Shown piece by piece: positions 10,450-19,750 of a stretch of 64,000 nucleotides of DNA. A program made the translations under genes and the position numbers. Within the stretch, counting starts at the first letter, position 1, and the number at the start of each line of letters is the position of its first letter. Source of the stretch: Candidatus Bathyarchaeota archaeon (lineage in GTDB: Archaea > Thermoproteota > Bathyarchaeia > Bathyarchaeales > Bathycorpusculaceae); NCBI GenBank assembly GCA_963828195.1, contig CAWHDT010000001.1, positions 224,001 through 288,000 on the forward strand. Reading direction: 5' to 3'. The notes below the pieces were generated by a model. That model made no database searches. It had not been told where the DNA came from and worked only from the letters and a program-made list of their open reading frames with translations.

Positions 10450-11673
10450 ATGGAGGCTTCTAGAGACTTCGTTTATCAAAAATTCTGCGAATACTACAGA
10501 GACCCCTCAAATATCATTCCTGGGCCAATTCTTCTTGGCCAAAGAGAGTTTGGCTATTTGCTTTTCAAGGAACGGTTTATGGTACGACATAGAAGGTTTG
10601 AAGGAATCAACGGTCTACGGTCAGTGCTGAACAAAACTGTTCCATCTGATGTTTATCATTCTTGCGCTTACTATGAAAACCCAGATTTTGACATGGACAA
10701 AAAAGGTTGGTTAGGTGCTGACTTAGTCTTCGACATAGACGCTGATCACATTCCAACTTCCTGCAACAAGATCCACGATGAATTCACCTGCACCAAATGC
10801 GGTTTTAGCGGGAGGGGAATAACTCCTGAAATCTGCCCGGCTTGCGAAGCAACAAAATTTGAAACCAAAACTTGGCCTTGCGAGCTATGCATAGACTCCG
10901 CTCGACAAGAAGCTGCTAAGTTAATTGATATGCTGGAGAATGATTTTGGTTTTTCTCCGGATGAGTTGCACGCGTTTTTTTCTGGACACCGTGGATATCA
11001 CGTGCATGTTGAGAATGAAGCTATACGTTCATTAGATGCGATGGCACGGAAGGAAATCGTTGATTACGTTACTGGATTAGGCTTAAGTATACTTGATAAA
11101 GATGCAAAAGAAAAACGGGGAAAACGCGCGACTAAGAAATTTAATTTACATAACTTTGGCTGGAACAGGCGACTAAAAACAGGCATGCAAAATTTTCTCC
11201 TAAATGCAACTCAGGACGATTTGAAAGAAATTGGTTTAAAAAATAATGCCCTTTTGAAAAACAAAGAAGTTATCATTAAACGTTGCATTAATGATGGTCG
11301 ATGGGAAAGCATTAATGGGGTCAGTGTCAACACTTGGCTAAAACTAGCTGACCATGTGAGGGATTTGGAGTCCTCAAAAATTGATACGGTTGTCACAACT
11401 GATATTCACCGTTTAATCAGGATGAACGGCACCTTGCATGGTAAAACTGGGCTTAAAAAAGTGGAGTTTCCAGCGAAAAACCTTCAGGATTTTGACCCGT
11501 TCACCGGAGCGGTAGCTTTTAAAAAGGGCGAAGTAAAAGTGTTGGTCTCCGATGCTCCAGAGTTTAAGTTGAGGGGAGAAACGTTGGGTCCATACAAGAA
11601 CGAGACGAAAGAGTTGCCTGTTGCTGCGGCGGTTATGCTTATCTGTAAGGGAAGGGCTAAGGTGGCAAGCTAA
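10450..11673 (+). CDS. priS: DNA primase small (catalytic) subunit with Cys-rich zinc-binding insert
   Basis: REFG, LVFDIDAD, FSGHRGYH and DIHRLIRM..LHGKTG motifs. Confidence 0.93.
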   Translation: MEASRDFVYQKFCEYYRDPSNIIPGPILLGQREFGYLLFKERFMVRHRRFEGINGLRSVLNKTVPSDVYHSCAYYENPDFDMDKKGWLGADLVFDIDADHIPTSCNKIHDEFTCTKCGFSGRGITPEICPACEATKFETKTWPCELCIDSARQEAAKLIDMLENDFGFSPDELHAFFSGHRGYHVHVENEAIRSLDAMARKEIVDYVTGLGLSILDKDAKEKRGKRATKKFNLHNFGWNRRLKTGMQNFLLNATQDDLKEIGLKNNALLKNKEVIIKRCINDGRWESINGVSVNTWLKLADHVRDLESSKIDTVVTTDIHRLIRMNGTLHGKTGLKKVEFPAKNLQDFDPFTGAVAFKKGEVKVLVSDAPEFKLRGETLGPYKNETKELPVAAAVMLICKGRAKVAS

Positions 11674-12221
11674 TGTACAATGAACTTTACGTTGCATGGC
11701 GAAGAGAAATTGAAGAGGCTTCTATTGGATCTCTAAAGCCTGATTTCTACGCAAAAATATCGGATTACATGAGTCATATAAGAGAAGAGGACAGGGTGCT
11801 TGACAAAAAATCAGTAAAGGTGAACCTGCAGGAACATGAGGCACAGAACGCAACGCGAATGCTTGAGGAACTGCTTTGGGCAAGATATAAAAAACTTGTC
11901 AAAACTATAACTCAAAACCAGCAGGTGCCATCAGGGTTGTTAACGGTTGAAGAAACTAAGATTTGTGAAAGTTTTGTCACATTCTCTGGCGCCTACCAAA
12001 AGTTCGCTAAAGATCTAATGCAGGGTCAAGCCGTTAGGGTAGAAGCCGAGGTGAGCCGTAAACGGATGACTCTGAGGTTTGCAAAAAGTACTCCCGCCAT
12101 TATTGGATTTGACATGAAAACTTACGGACCATTCATGGTTGAGGATGTTGCCTCTTTGCCTATTGAGAATGCAAAGATTTTGATTAAACAGGGTTTAGCC
12201 GTGTTGGTCGAGGTATCCTGA
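11673..12221 (+). CDS. GINS complex subunit (Gins15/Gins51 type)
   Basis: Abuts priS; C-terminal B-domain IIGFDMKTYGPF..EDVASLP.ENAKILIKQG. Confidence 0.8.
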   Translation: MYNELYVAWRREIEEASIGSLKPDFYAKISDYMSHIREEDRVLDKKSVKVNLQEHEAQNATRMLEELLWARYKKLVKTITQNQQVPSGLLTVEETKICESFVTFSGAYQKFAKDLMQGQAVRVEAEVSRKRMTLRFAKSTPAIIGFDMKTYGPFMVEDVASLPIENAKILIKQGLAVLVEVS

Positions 12222-13259
12222 GGTTTCTGTGCCTACCGCTGATTTTCTACTTTTTCTTTTTTGCCATAAACCTTGGCTAACAAGAATGATTAACGGATAA
12301 GACACAATCCATGCTATCGCGTAAAGTGGGCCATAGTAGAAATGGAACATTTGCACTTGGTTCGAGTTAATGCCGTACTGCATGCCAATGTCAAAGATGG
12401 TGACTATGCGCATGACATTTATGAAATATGTTACGGTTGCGCCAATGATGAAGTATCCTGCTTTGGCTTTCCAAGAAATTTGCATTTGCTGTAAAAACAC
12501 CAAAACAACAGCGGTGTAAATAAGAAAGCTTTCGATACCCGCACAAGGCCAAGCGATCGCGAATTTAGCTGTTCCTAATGGTCCCGTCGCTTGCAGGGTT
12601 GGCATACCATTTTGTGTTACCATCGAAGTTGTACATCCCATAAAGTCTAGGACGCGGGCGGCAAGTGTAGCCGTCGTTGGAACCAATATTTGGAATGGAG
12701 TAAACTCTCCGTAGGGAAAAACATTGTCGATAGTATAAATCACTCCGACTAACGCGACAAACACGGCAGGTAAAACAAAACCCTTTAAACCCTTCTTTCC
12801 AAAAGACAGGAAAATACCTAAGCAAAAAAGAACTGAGAAAACAAGGTATTCAACTGCAAGAGGCATTGAATCGTAAAAGGCGACGCCGTTTTGCAAGGAA
12901 AAGTTTGCGATCGCAGCATTTAACCCTAAATAATACTCCGAAAGCACAAAAAGCGTTGGAAGCAGCAATGCCACAGTGACGGCGGCGAGTTTTGTTTTGT
13001 TTTGTTTGCTTATTTTTGACTTGAAGATTTCCCAATTAAGAATAAACTCCAGCGCGATTAACCATATAAAAAACAACTCGAAAGTTCTGCCCTTCCACAT
13101 CACCTGAAAAGAATCTTGAGCGCTAAGATTAAGATATGGATCAGCTGGGTTAAGCCCAAACAACAGAGCCAATGGAGCGACGAAAGCGATCAGCGGCAAG
13201 AGTTTAACGATGACATCAACGTCAACACGCTGCCTAACCCTCTGAGCAACACTTACCAT
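12195..13259 (-). CDS. Archaeosortase/exosortase-family membrane protease (thaumarchaeosortase-like)
   Basis: Multi-TM protein with Cys-Arg-His triad context WPCAGIES / INVMRI / FHFYYG and a WKGR motif. Confidence 0.85.
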   Translation of the reverse strand: MVSVAQRVRQRVDVDVIVKLLPLIAFVAPLALLFGLNPADPYLNLSAQDSFQVMWKGRTFELFFIWLIALEFILNWEIFKSKISKQNKTKLAAVTVALLLPTLFVLSEYYLGLNAAIANFSLQNGVAFYDSMPLAVEYLVFSVLFCLGIFLSFGKKGLKGFVLPAVFVALVGVIYTIDNVFPYGEFTPFQILVPTTATLAARVLDFMGCTTSMVTQNGMPTLQATGPLGTAKFAIAWPCAGIESFLIYTAVVLVFLQQMQISWKAKAGYFIIGATVTYFINVMRIVTIFDIGMQYGINSNQVQMFHFYYGPLYAIAWIVSYPLIILVSQGLWQKRKSRKSAVGTETSGYLDQHG

Positions 13260-13391
13260 AAATGTTCAATACCCTTAATTCAATATCATAAACTAACACT
13301 TTTTCAACCTAAAAAAGCATACGTCGCCGCATCAATCAATGAGGAACTTCTTTGAAGAGAGCAGAATCTCAAATCCAATATCATAAAAAAA

Positions 13392-13420
13392 GGCGACTGG
13401 GAGGGGATTCGAACCCCACG
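13392..13420 (-). other. Degenerate tRNA 3'-end fragment (att-like)
   Basis: Minus strand reads CGTGGGGTTCGAATCCCCTCCCAGTCGCC: a T-arm plus acceptor-like strand, with no recognisable D or anticodon arm upstream. Confidence 0.6.
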
Positions 13421-13686
13421 TTACCTGTAAAATAAGCTGCGTTTGAGGAATTAATGAATTAAATTAAGGAACGAGTTTGGCATAAAAGTTCGTACAATTC
13501 TGAACTGAGAATCCCTGACTCTGTAGGTGTTGGCGAGAAACATTGCCATAACTCCACTTTCGAGTCGCCCTCCTCAGGTTCCCACTGTGCGAACGAAAAT
13601 CAAGAGTTTCCTGCAGCCATCTCTTTAATTTCGTCGGTATAACAAATTTTTATTGTGAATAACCGGTACATTGTTAAGGATTGTTT

Positions 13687-14472
13687 TTAATTTGTTTGAG
13701 CGTTATTCCATATTTTTTCAAAGTAGGCTTCTGCTAGTTTCACAATATGCGAACTATTTGTCCAAAAGCTGGGTACTGGTACTGGATTTTCGGATATCAT
13801 TACAGTCACTTCTTTTTTATCAAATATGTGCATTCCAAATTGAACATCTTCTTGGGATACGCATCTGAGTTCAAAGAGGGGATTTTTCAATAATTGTTTT
13901 GGATTCTTAACCATTGGTTCTTCATTATTTTTGGGCCCAACAGTTCGAATTTTTACGCCTCTCTTTATCGCCCGCTTGATGTATGGGAACTCGCGAAGTA
14001 ATGTTTTCTCATCAATTTCTAAGCAAAAAACAAAATCAATACTTTCTTTTGATAAATCAGCCAATTTGTCGTGCGTTTTTTGAAGAAGGTTTAATTGAGA
14101 AGTAATTGTGAACTCTGTTTTTTCAATCGTAACATTTGTGTTTTTATTTTCAGAAAAGGAATCGAAAATTTTTATTGCTTGCTTTTCTTTTTCAAGATAC
14201 GCGCTCTTTTCGTTTTCAAGCAGAATGGCTAGGCCTTCCTTAATTGAGGTGGCTTTATACATTGTTGGTTTAGCTATTATTTTTTCAACAAGACCTTTTT
14301 CTTGGAGCTCAGTTAGTAATCGATAAACGTCTTGGGAAGCCACTTTTGCTGCTTTAGCGGCTGCTCTTCCTGTTGAAGCGCCAGATCTGACAAGAGCCAA
14401 GTAAACTTTTGCCTGCATTACTGTAAGCCCTAAATTAAGTAGCGCTTGAATAGATTGATCTATTGACTGCAT
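13687..14472 (-). CDS. TrmB-family transcriptional regulator (HTH plus PLD-like effector domain)
   Basis: LGLT..QAKVYLAL...DVYR.L.EL..KGLVEK HTH; IFDKKEV and YFEKIW in the C-terminal domain. Confidence 0.88.
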   Translation of the reverse strand: MQSIDQSIQALLNLGLTVMQAKVYLALVRSGASTGRAAAKAAKVASQDVYRLLTELQEKGLVEKIIAKPTMYKATSIKEGLAILLENEKSAYLEKEKQAIKIFDSFSENKNTNVTIEKTEFTITSQLNLLQKTHDKLADLSKESIDFVFCLEIDEKTLLREFPYIKRAIKRGVKIRTVGPKNNEEPMVKNPKQLLKNPLFELRCVSQEDVQFGMHIFDKKEVTVMISENPVPVPSFWTNSSHIVKLAEAYFEKIWNNAQTN

Positions 14473-14597
14473 AACAGTCTTCTACCGCAACTACCCCCTT
14501 TTATATAACTTGACTTTTAAGTTTTTCCAATAAAGCATCGTTTTGTCAAAAATAATCGCCAGAACTGTCGATGGCTAACTTTTTTGTCTTCATAAAG

Positions 14598-14634
14598 TTG
14601 GTAGTCGAAGTGGCTTACGGTGATGTTTTAAAAA
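14598..14634 (+). promoter_or_regulatory. TTGGTAGTCG box plus TATA, copy 1
   Basis: TTGGTAGTCG-N6-CTTA-N8-TTTTAAAA upstream of 14682. The same arrangement occurs at three other promoters. Confidence 0.75.
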
Positions 14635-14681
14635 CGATTTTGCAATGATTTTAGGCATCGAACAAAAAGGAAAGAAAAAAA

Positions 14682-17336
14682 ATGCTAAAAACAAAAAACA
14701 GAATTGTAACTATTGTGATTGCTATATTCTTAATGATTTCAATATCAGCTTCAGTGATGCTCATGCCAACTGCTAAAGCACAATCAACGATTCCAATAAA
14801 CATTACAACGTACGCTTACGTTTGGGCTGCACCAAGCACTATAGGCGTCGGTCAGACAGCGGTCATATATATTTGGCTTACCGCGACATTGCCTGGCGCA
14901 GCACTAGGCAATGACATTCGTTTCCACAACTACGAGTGCACAATTACTGCGCCTAACGGTGCGACGGAAACAAAGACTTTCGCTGTTATCTCAGATCCAA
15001 CATCCTCTCAGCAATTTTCCTACACTCCCAGCCAAGTCGGCACGTACACCTTTAACTTTACTTTTCCAGGACAGGTATACAACTATAACGAAACAGTCTC
15101 GATGATGGGTATGCAAAGCAGTACAAGTATGTATGTAGGCGATTATTATGAGCCCAGCAATGCATCAGCAACCCTTACTGCGCAGCAAACAGCGCTATCT
15201 GCCATACCTTACAATCCGCTTCCGACACAGTACTGGACACGACCAATATACGGTACAAACTCTAACTGGTACACGATTTCGTCAAACTGGCTCGGCACTG
15301 GGTCTCCGCCGATACAATCCTTAAATTTTGGATATGCTTTCTACGTTTCTGATGCTATTGGGTCTCAAACTAGCCATATCATGTGGACCACACCGCTTCA
15401 AAGTGGAGGAGTCGTTGGAGGAAACGACACTGCTATACCTGGAGACACATATTTCGAGGGTTCCGCATATATTAATAGATACGGCAATCCGATAATACTT
15501 GACGGTATGCTTTACTACACGGCGCCCTTGTCATTCGCAAGTGCCAGTGGCGGAGCAACTTACTGTGTTAATCTGCAAACAGGGCAACTTATTTGGAGCA
15601 GCACTACTATAATTCCGCCATCCTTCGGTTTACTATATGACCAGCAAGACCCCAACCAACATGGCGTTTGGCCACCAATCATAGTCGCCAGCGGCGGCGG
15701 ATTTGGCTCTATAGTTCCTCCAGGGACTTGGATAGCGTATGATGGAGATACAGGCGACTGGCTGTTCAACATGACTAACGTTCCCACAGGTACATCGGTG
15801 CTTGGTCCGAGTGGTGAAATCTTGACTTATGTCTTGGCAAACGATGGCACTCCTACGAAGCCACAGTATTATTTGAGTGAGTGGAACTCTTCTAGCCTCT
15901 TCTTTGCTGAGGGCTCTTTGTCACCAACAATTCAAGGGACAGTTGTCAATGCGAACGTTCCAAGCGCTTATGACTGGAACGTTTCGGTATCAGCGCTCAA
16001 TACGTTAGCAACCTCAGCCATCGCATTCCCCACCATAGTCGCAGCTTACTATGACGATATGATGCTTTGCTACAATGGCACTCTGCCTTCTGCCGGTACA
16101 ACGTTTTATGCACAAAGCTGGACGCCCTACACATACTTCGCTGTCAACCTCAACCCAAGTGAAGGCACAGTCGGCTCGGTATTATGGATGCAAACAGAGC
16201 AACCGCCAGCGGGAAACATCACTGTTCTAGAAGGCGGACACGACCAAAATGTCTTCATTGAATTATATAAGGAAACTATGCAGTATGTAGGATACAGCAT
16301 GGCTACAGGCGCGAAACTTTGGGGTCCAACTGCATCTCACCCAGCTCTTGACTACTATGGCAACGATTTTGGAGGCAATTTAAACGCTCAGGTTGCTTAC
16401 GGCGACGTCTACAGTGTCGGATTCGCAGGAATACTCTACTGCTATAATGAGAAGACTGGCGATGTACTGTGGACTTACGGTAACGGCGGCGAAGGTAACA
16501 GTACTTATGCGGGTTTAAACAACTATTACGGTGTTTACCCCACTTTCATAACTGCTATTGGCAACGGAATAATATATACAGAGACCACTGCGCACACTAT
16601 TGAAACACCAATTTACAAAGGTGCATTAACACGGGCTATCAACGCCACAACCGGAGCAGAACTATGGACTCTCTCAGACTACACTGGCGGCGGAGGCTCA
16701 ACCACAAGTTACGCAATTGCAGATGGCTATACAACATTCTTCAACGGCTACGACAACCAGATCTACGTTGTTGGCCAAGGACCCAGTGCAACTACAGTCA
16801 CGGCTTCACCGTCGGTTCAAACATTCGGAGATAATGTACTTATCCAAGGGTCAGTGATGGATATTTCGGCTGGTACAAAGCAAAATGAGCAGGCAGCTGA
16901 CTTTCCAAACGGCGTTCCATGCGCATCAGACGCAAGCATGGCCCAGTGGATGGGCTACGTTTATCAGCAGCAGCCAATGCCAACCAACTTTACCGGCGTC
17001 CAAGTGCAAATCAGCGTCTTAGACTCCAACGGCAACTACAGAAACATCGACACAGCAACAACAGACACAAGCGGCACCTACCGCCTCACATGGACACCTA
17101 ACATCGCGGGCAACTACACAGTATTCGCATCTTTCGCCGGCAACAACGGTTACTATCCATCATCCGCGGAAACTGGCTTTAACGTGATGAACGCACCTTC
17201 AGCTACCGTTGCACCTACCGCATCTCCGACTTCTGTCGCTGACTTGTACTTTGTTCCTGCAATCACTGGGCTATTCGTCTTGATCATCGTAGTAGCTATC
17301 GTACTAGCTCTATTGATGCTACGGAAAAAACCATAA
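14682..17336 (+). CDS. Secreted, membrane-anchored PQQ-like beta-propeller surface protein (paralog 1)
   Basis: Signal peptide, repeated TGxxxW blade motifs, many N-x-S/T sequons, Pro/Thr linker, C-terminal TM followed by RKKP. Confidence 0.85.
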   Translation: MLKTKNRIVTIVIAIFLMISISASVMLMPTAKAQSTIPINITTYAYVWAAPSTIGVGQTAVIYIWLTATLPGAALGNDIRFHNYECTITAPNGATETKTFAVISDPTSSQQFSYTPSQVGTYTFNFTFPGQVYNYNETVSMMGMQSSTSMYVGDYYEPSNASATLTAQQTALSAIPYNPLPTQYWTRPIYGTNSNWYTISSNWLGTGSPPIQSLNFGYAFYVSDAIGSQTSHIMWTTPLQSGGVVGGNDTAIPGDTYFEGSAYINRYGNPIILDGMLYYTAPLSFASASGGATYCVNLQTGQLIWSSTTIIPPSFGLLYDQQDPNQHGVWPPIIVASGGGFGSIVPPGTWIAYDGDTGDWLFNMTNVPTGTSVLGPSGEILTYVLANDGTPTKPQYYLSEWNSSSLFFAEGSLSPTIQGTVVNANVPSAYDWNVSVSALNTLATSAIAFPTIVAAYYDDMMLCYNGTLPSAGTTFYAQSWTPYTYFAVNLNPSEGTVGSVLWMQTEQPPAGNITVLEGGHDQNVFIELYKETMQYVGYSMATGAKLWGPTASHPALDYYGNDFGGNLNAQVAYGDVYSVGFAGILYCYNEKTGDVLWTYGNGGEGNSTYAGLNNYYGVYPTFITAIGNGIIYTETTAHTIETPIYKGALTRAINATTGAELWTLSDYTGGGGSTTSYAIADGYTTFFNGYDNQIYVVGQGPSATTVTASPSVQTFGDNVLIQGSVMDISAGTKQNEQAADFPNGVPCASDASMAQWMGYVYQQQPMPTNFTGVQVQISVLDSNGNYRNIDTATTDTSGTYRLTWTPNIAGNYTVFASFAGNNGYYPSSAETGFNVMNAPSATVAPTASPTSVADLYFVPAITGLFVLIIVVAIVLALLMLRKKP

Positions 17337-17358
17337 AAACGCCAAACAAAAAATCAAC

Positions 17359-17371
17359 TTTCCCCTTTTTT
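17359..17371 (+). terminator. Pyrimidine/T-tract terminator candidate, similar after all three paralogs
   Basis: TTTCCCCTTTTTT shortly after the stop; similar tracts at ~28390 and ~33508. Confidence 0.55.
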
Positions 17372-17396
17372 AGTCCTAAAAAAAGCATTGGAGAAG

Positions 17397-17518
17397 AGAA
17401 ATGGGGGCTGAGTAGGCTCTGGTAGAATTAACAAAAAGCAATTGCCTTTAGCAAGCACTTGCATTTTTCTTTTCTCCTAAAGAAAGATTCCAGAGCCTCA
17501 GCAAACCCCTAATTTTCT
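17397..17518 (+). ncRNA. Conserved structured 3' element, copy 1 (candidate ncRNA or DNA hairpin site)
   Basis: GGGG-GCTGA-GTA-GGCTCTGG...CCAGAGCC-TCAGC-AAA-CCCC closing stem with internal hairpins; homologs follow the other two paralogs. Confidence 0.6.
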
Positions 17519-17577
17519 ATGTCACCAATCGCTTCTTGTCTTTTTTAAAAAACATGGTTGAAAACTTATTACTAAAT

Positions 17578-17600
17578 TGGCGCCGGGGAAGGGATTCGAA
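17578..17600 (-). other. tRNA (Ser-like) 3'-end fragment with CCA, att-like
   Basis: Minus strand reads TTCGAATCCCTTCCCCGGCGCCA; no matching GCCGGGG 5' half found upstream. Confidence 0.7.
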
Positions 17601-17762
17601 GGTCTCCGAGAACGAGGTCTATTGGCTATACCCCATTTTGGCTTAGCCATCTGCGCTTCTGTATTTCGACGTCAGCCATCCGCTCCGCCCCTTAAGCCTC
17701 CATAAGATCGTCGCGTCAGTTGGTTAAAAAAAGCTCTATTGTCTAGACAAGTGATCTTGCTG

Positions 17763-18022
17763 AAAGTCGCAAGCCGCATAAGCCTCAATTCTAACTCTGA
17801 TGAGACTCCCAAAATCCACGCAAGCCCGAACCAGCCTGGCAACAAAAGCCGTTGCGCCCGTAACCGACAATAACTTTAACATAGCGTCAACATTGAAAGT
17901 CGCAATCCGCCCATACAAAAGTCGCAACACGCAAACCCCTTCAAACCCCAAACCAAAAAAGCAACACAAAACGCAAACAGCCACCTGCGAAAGTCGCAAC
18001 TTAGCCGTAGCCAAAGTCGCAA
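17763..18022 (+). repeat. Five direct repeats of AAAGTCGCAA
   Basis: Exact copies start at 17763, 17896, 17918, 17990 and 18013. Confidence 0.85.
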
Positions 18023-18139
18023 CTTAAAAAATCTAAATCCCGCTAAAACCCTTTTTCGAAAAAACAAGATTTTCAGCGCATAAGTGAAAAAGTATAAGAA
18101 TGCCGATGTTTCTTTTATGCAAAGCTGGTAGTGAAATAG

Positions 18140-18415
18140 GTGAACGTTCCTAAAGAAGTCAAAACTTACTGTCCGAAATGTAAAGTGCATCAACTTCACA
18201 GTGTAACCCTCTACAAGCCTGGAAAACGCAGGGCCTTAGCTCACGGTGAACGCCACCACGAAAGAGAAAAGAAGGGTTACGGTGGACAAAAATATCCTCT
18301 TCAGAGAGAATTCGCGAAAACAACCAAAAAACAAACCCTGCGGTTGAAATGCAAAGTCTGCAATTACATGAGGCACAAAGACGGTATTCGCCTCAGAAAA
18401 CTAGTCATACAATAA
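18140..18415 (+). CDS. rpl44e: 50S ribosomal protein L44e
   Basis: TYCPKC, GYGGQ and KTTKK..LRLKC..C motifs. Confidence 0.95.
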   Translation: MNVPKEVKTYCPKCKVHQLHSVTLYKPGKRRALAHGERHHEREKKGYGGQKYPLQREFAKTTKKQTLRLKCKVCNYMRHKDGIRLRKLVIQ

Positions 18416-18432
18416 TTTAGGTGAAAAATGTT

Positions 18433-18630
18433 ATGTCTGAATGGAGCAAACTTATCCCAAAACCAAGAAGCGTCTTCCTTAGAGTCAAATGCTCAAAATG
18501 CGGCAACGAACAATTAATCTTCAGCAACGCTGTCAACAAAATAACCTGTAACGTATGTGGAGAAACACTCGCTGAACCCTCTGGCGGAAGAGCAAAAATC
18601 AAAGGCGAAGTACAAGCGGTTCTCGAATAA
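18433..18630 (+). CDS. rps27e: 30S ribosomal protein S27e
   Basis: PKPRS.FLRVKC..C.NEQ..F...C..CG..LAEPSGG. Confidence 0.95.
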   Translation: MSEWSKLIPKPRSVFLRVKCSKCGNEQLIFSNAVNKITCNVCGETLAEPSGGRAKIKGEVQAVLE

Positions 18631-18644
18631 GGGATGGCGTATTA

Positions 18645-18689
18645 ATGGCTGAGCGTAAGCCAAACAGCACTTTTAGAAGGGAAAAATAG
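18645..18689 (+). pseudogene. Collapsed remnant of translation initiation factor aIF2-alpha (14 codons, MAERKPNSTFRREK)
   Basis: Occupies the aIF2-alpha slot between rps27e and nop10. Its two halves resemble the N- and C-termini I recall for this protein family. Confidence 0.7.
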
Positions 18690-18860
18690 TTGGTTTGGCA
18701 ATTACGCAAATGTGTAAACTGCGAAAAATACACACTTAACAAAAAAAGTTGCCCTTACTGTGGGGGGCCAGTTCGAATTCCGCATCCGCCCAAATTTTCG
18801 CCTGATGATAAATACTTAAAATATCGAATGGCCATGAAAAGGAGTTGCGCAACCAAATGA
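18690..18860 (+). CDS. nop10: H/ACA RNP protein Nop10 (not in ORF track)
   Basis: TTG start; MVWQLRKCVNCEKYTL...CPYCGG...PHPPKFSPDDKY..YR. Confidence 0.93.
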   Translation: MVWQLRKCVNCEKYTLNKKSCPYCGGPVRIPHPPKFSPDDKYLKYRMAMKRSCATK

Positions 18861-19630
18861 AAGAAACCTACATCAAGGAATTTGTCCAGGTTGAACCAAA
18901 TAATCCTATTCTCATTGAGGGTCTTCCAGGTTTAGGGCTTGTCGGTAAAATCGCCCTTCGCTACATGATCAAACAGTTAAAACCCAAAAAGATCGCTTAT
19001 CTCTACTCACCGCATTTCCCATACTTTGTCCTTGTTAACAAAAAAGGCAACGTTCGCCTTTTAAGAGGCGCATTCTACTATTACCAAAATCCAAACGGAT
19101 CAAACGATCTGATTCTATTCACCGGCGATAGCCAATCGCAAACAATAGAGGGACAATACGAAATCGCAGACCGACTGCTTGACTTCTCAGAAAAATACAA
19201 AGTTAAAACAATCGCAACCATCGGCGGCTACCGAATGGAGCCAAAAGAAAAACCGAAAGTTTTCATAGCCGCAACTTCACAGGAAATCTTGGACAAAGCA
19301 CTGCAAGCAGGCGCAACGCTAAGCACTTCAGGAAGCCCCATTGTTGGAACAGCAGGATTAATACTTGGCTTAGCCAAATTCAAAAAAATAAACGCGCTCT
19401 GTCTACTGGGTGAAACACGCGGTTACCTCCCTGACCCTCTTGCGGCAAAAAGCGTCTTAGAAGTTTTGAAATCAACCTTCAACTTCGACTTAGACCTAAA
19501 GGGTTTGGATGAGGAAATTGCCCGAGCAGAAACAATGGTAACTCGTCTACAGCAAATTGAAGAAAAACGAGCCTTGCAAGCTGAACAAACCCGTAAAGAA
19601 GAGGACAAAAAAACCACTTACATCTCCTAA
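18857..19630 (+). CDS. Proteasome assembly chaperone PAC2 family protein
   Basis: IEGLPGLGLVGK and CLLGETRGY..DP.AA motifs; ATGA overlap with the nop10 stop. Confidence 0.88.
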   Translation: MKETYIKEFVQVEPNNPILIEGLPGLGLVGKIALRYMIKQLKPKKIAYLYSPHFPYFVLVNKKGNVRLLRGAFYYYQNPNGSNDLILFTGDSQSQTIEGQYEIADRLLDFSEKYKVKTIATIGGYRMEPKEKPKVFIAATSQEILDKALQAGATLSTSGSPIVGTAGLILGLAKFKKINALCLLGETRGYLPDPLAAKSVLEVLKSTFNFDLDLKGLDEEIARAETMVTRLQQIEEKRALQAEQTRKEEDKKTTYIS

Positions 19631-19750
19631 GCGAAGCTGCTTATCCGCCTTCATCCCAATTCCCGTTGTTGCGTAGCAGAAAAAGTCCCACTGGTTTTTC
19701 CAGAGATTAGTGTTTAAGCAAAAAGCCCACTTTTTAAATGTACGCTCATG

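Noticed and set aside
17354-17464. 36-aa antisense ORF (MQVLAKG...) within the 3' element
   Set aside because: Not preserved in copy 3 (stops after 12 codons) or copy 2 (no ATG).
17578-17700. Intact or intron-containing tRNA, or tmRNA
   Set aside because: No complementary GCCGGGG 5' acceptor strand, D arm or anticodon arm found within the following several hundred bases.
17763-18022. CRISPR array
   Set aside because: Repeats are only 10 bp with irregular spacing (133, 22, 72, 23 bp), and no cas genes are present.
17736-18199. Short ORFs of 75-107 aa in the repeat region
   Set aside because: Low-complexity overlapping frames with no recognisable motifs; better explained as non-coding or as an antisense shadow of rpl44e.
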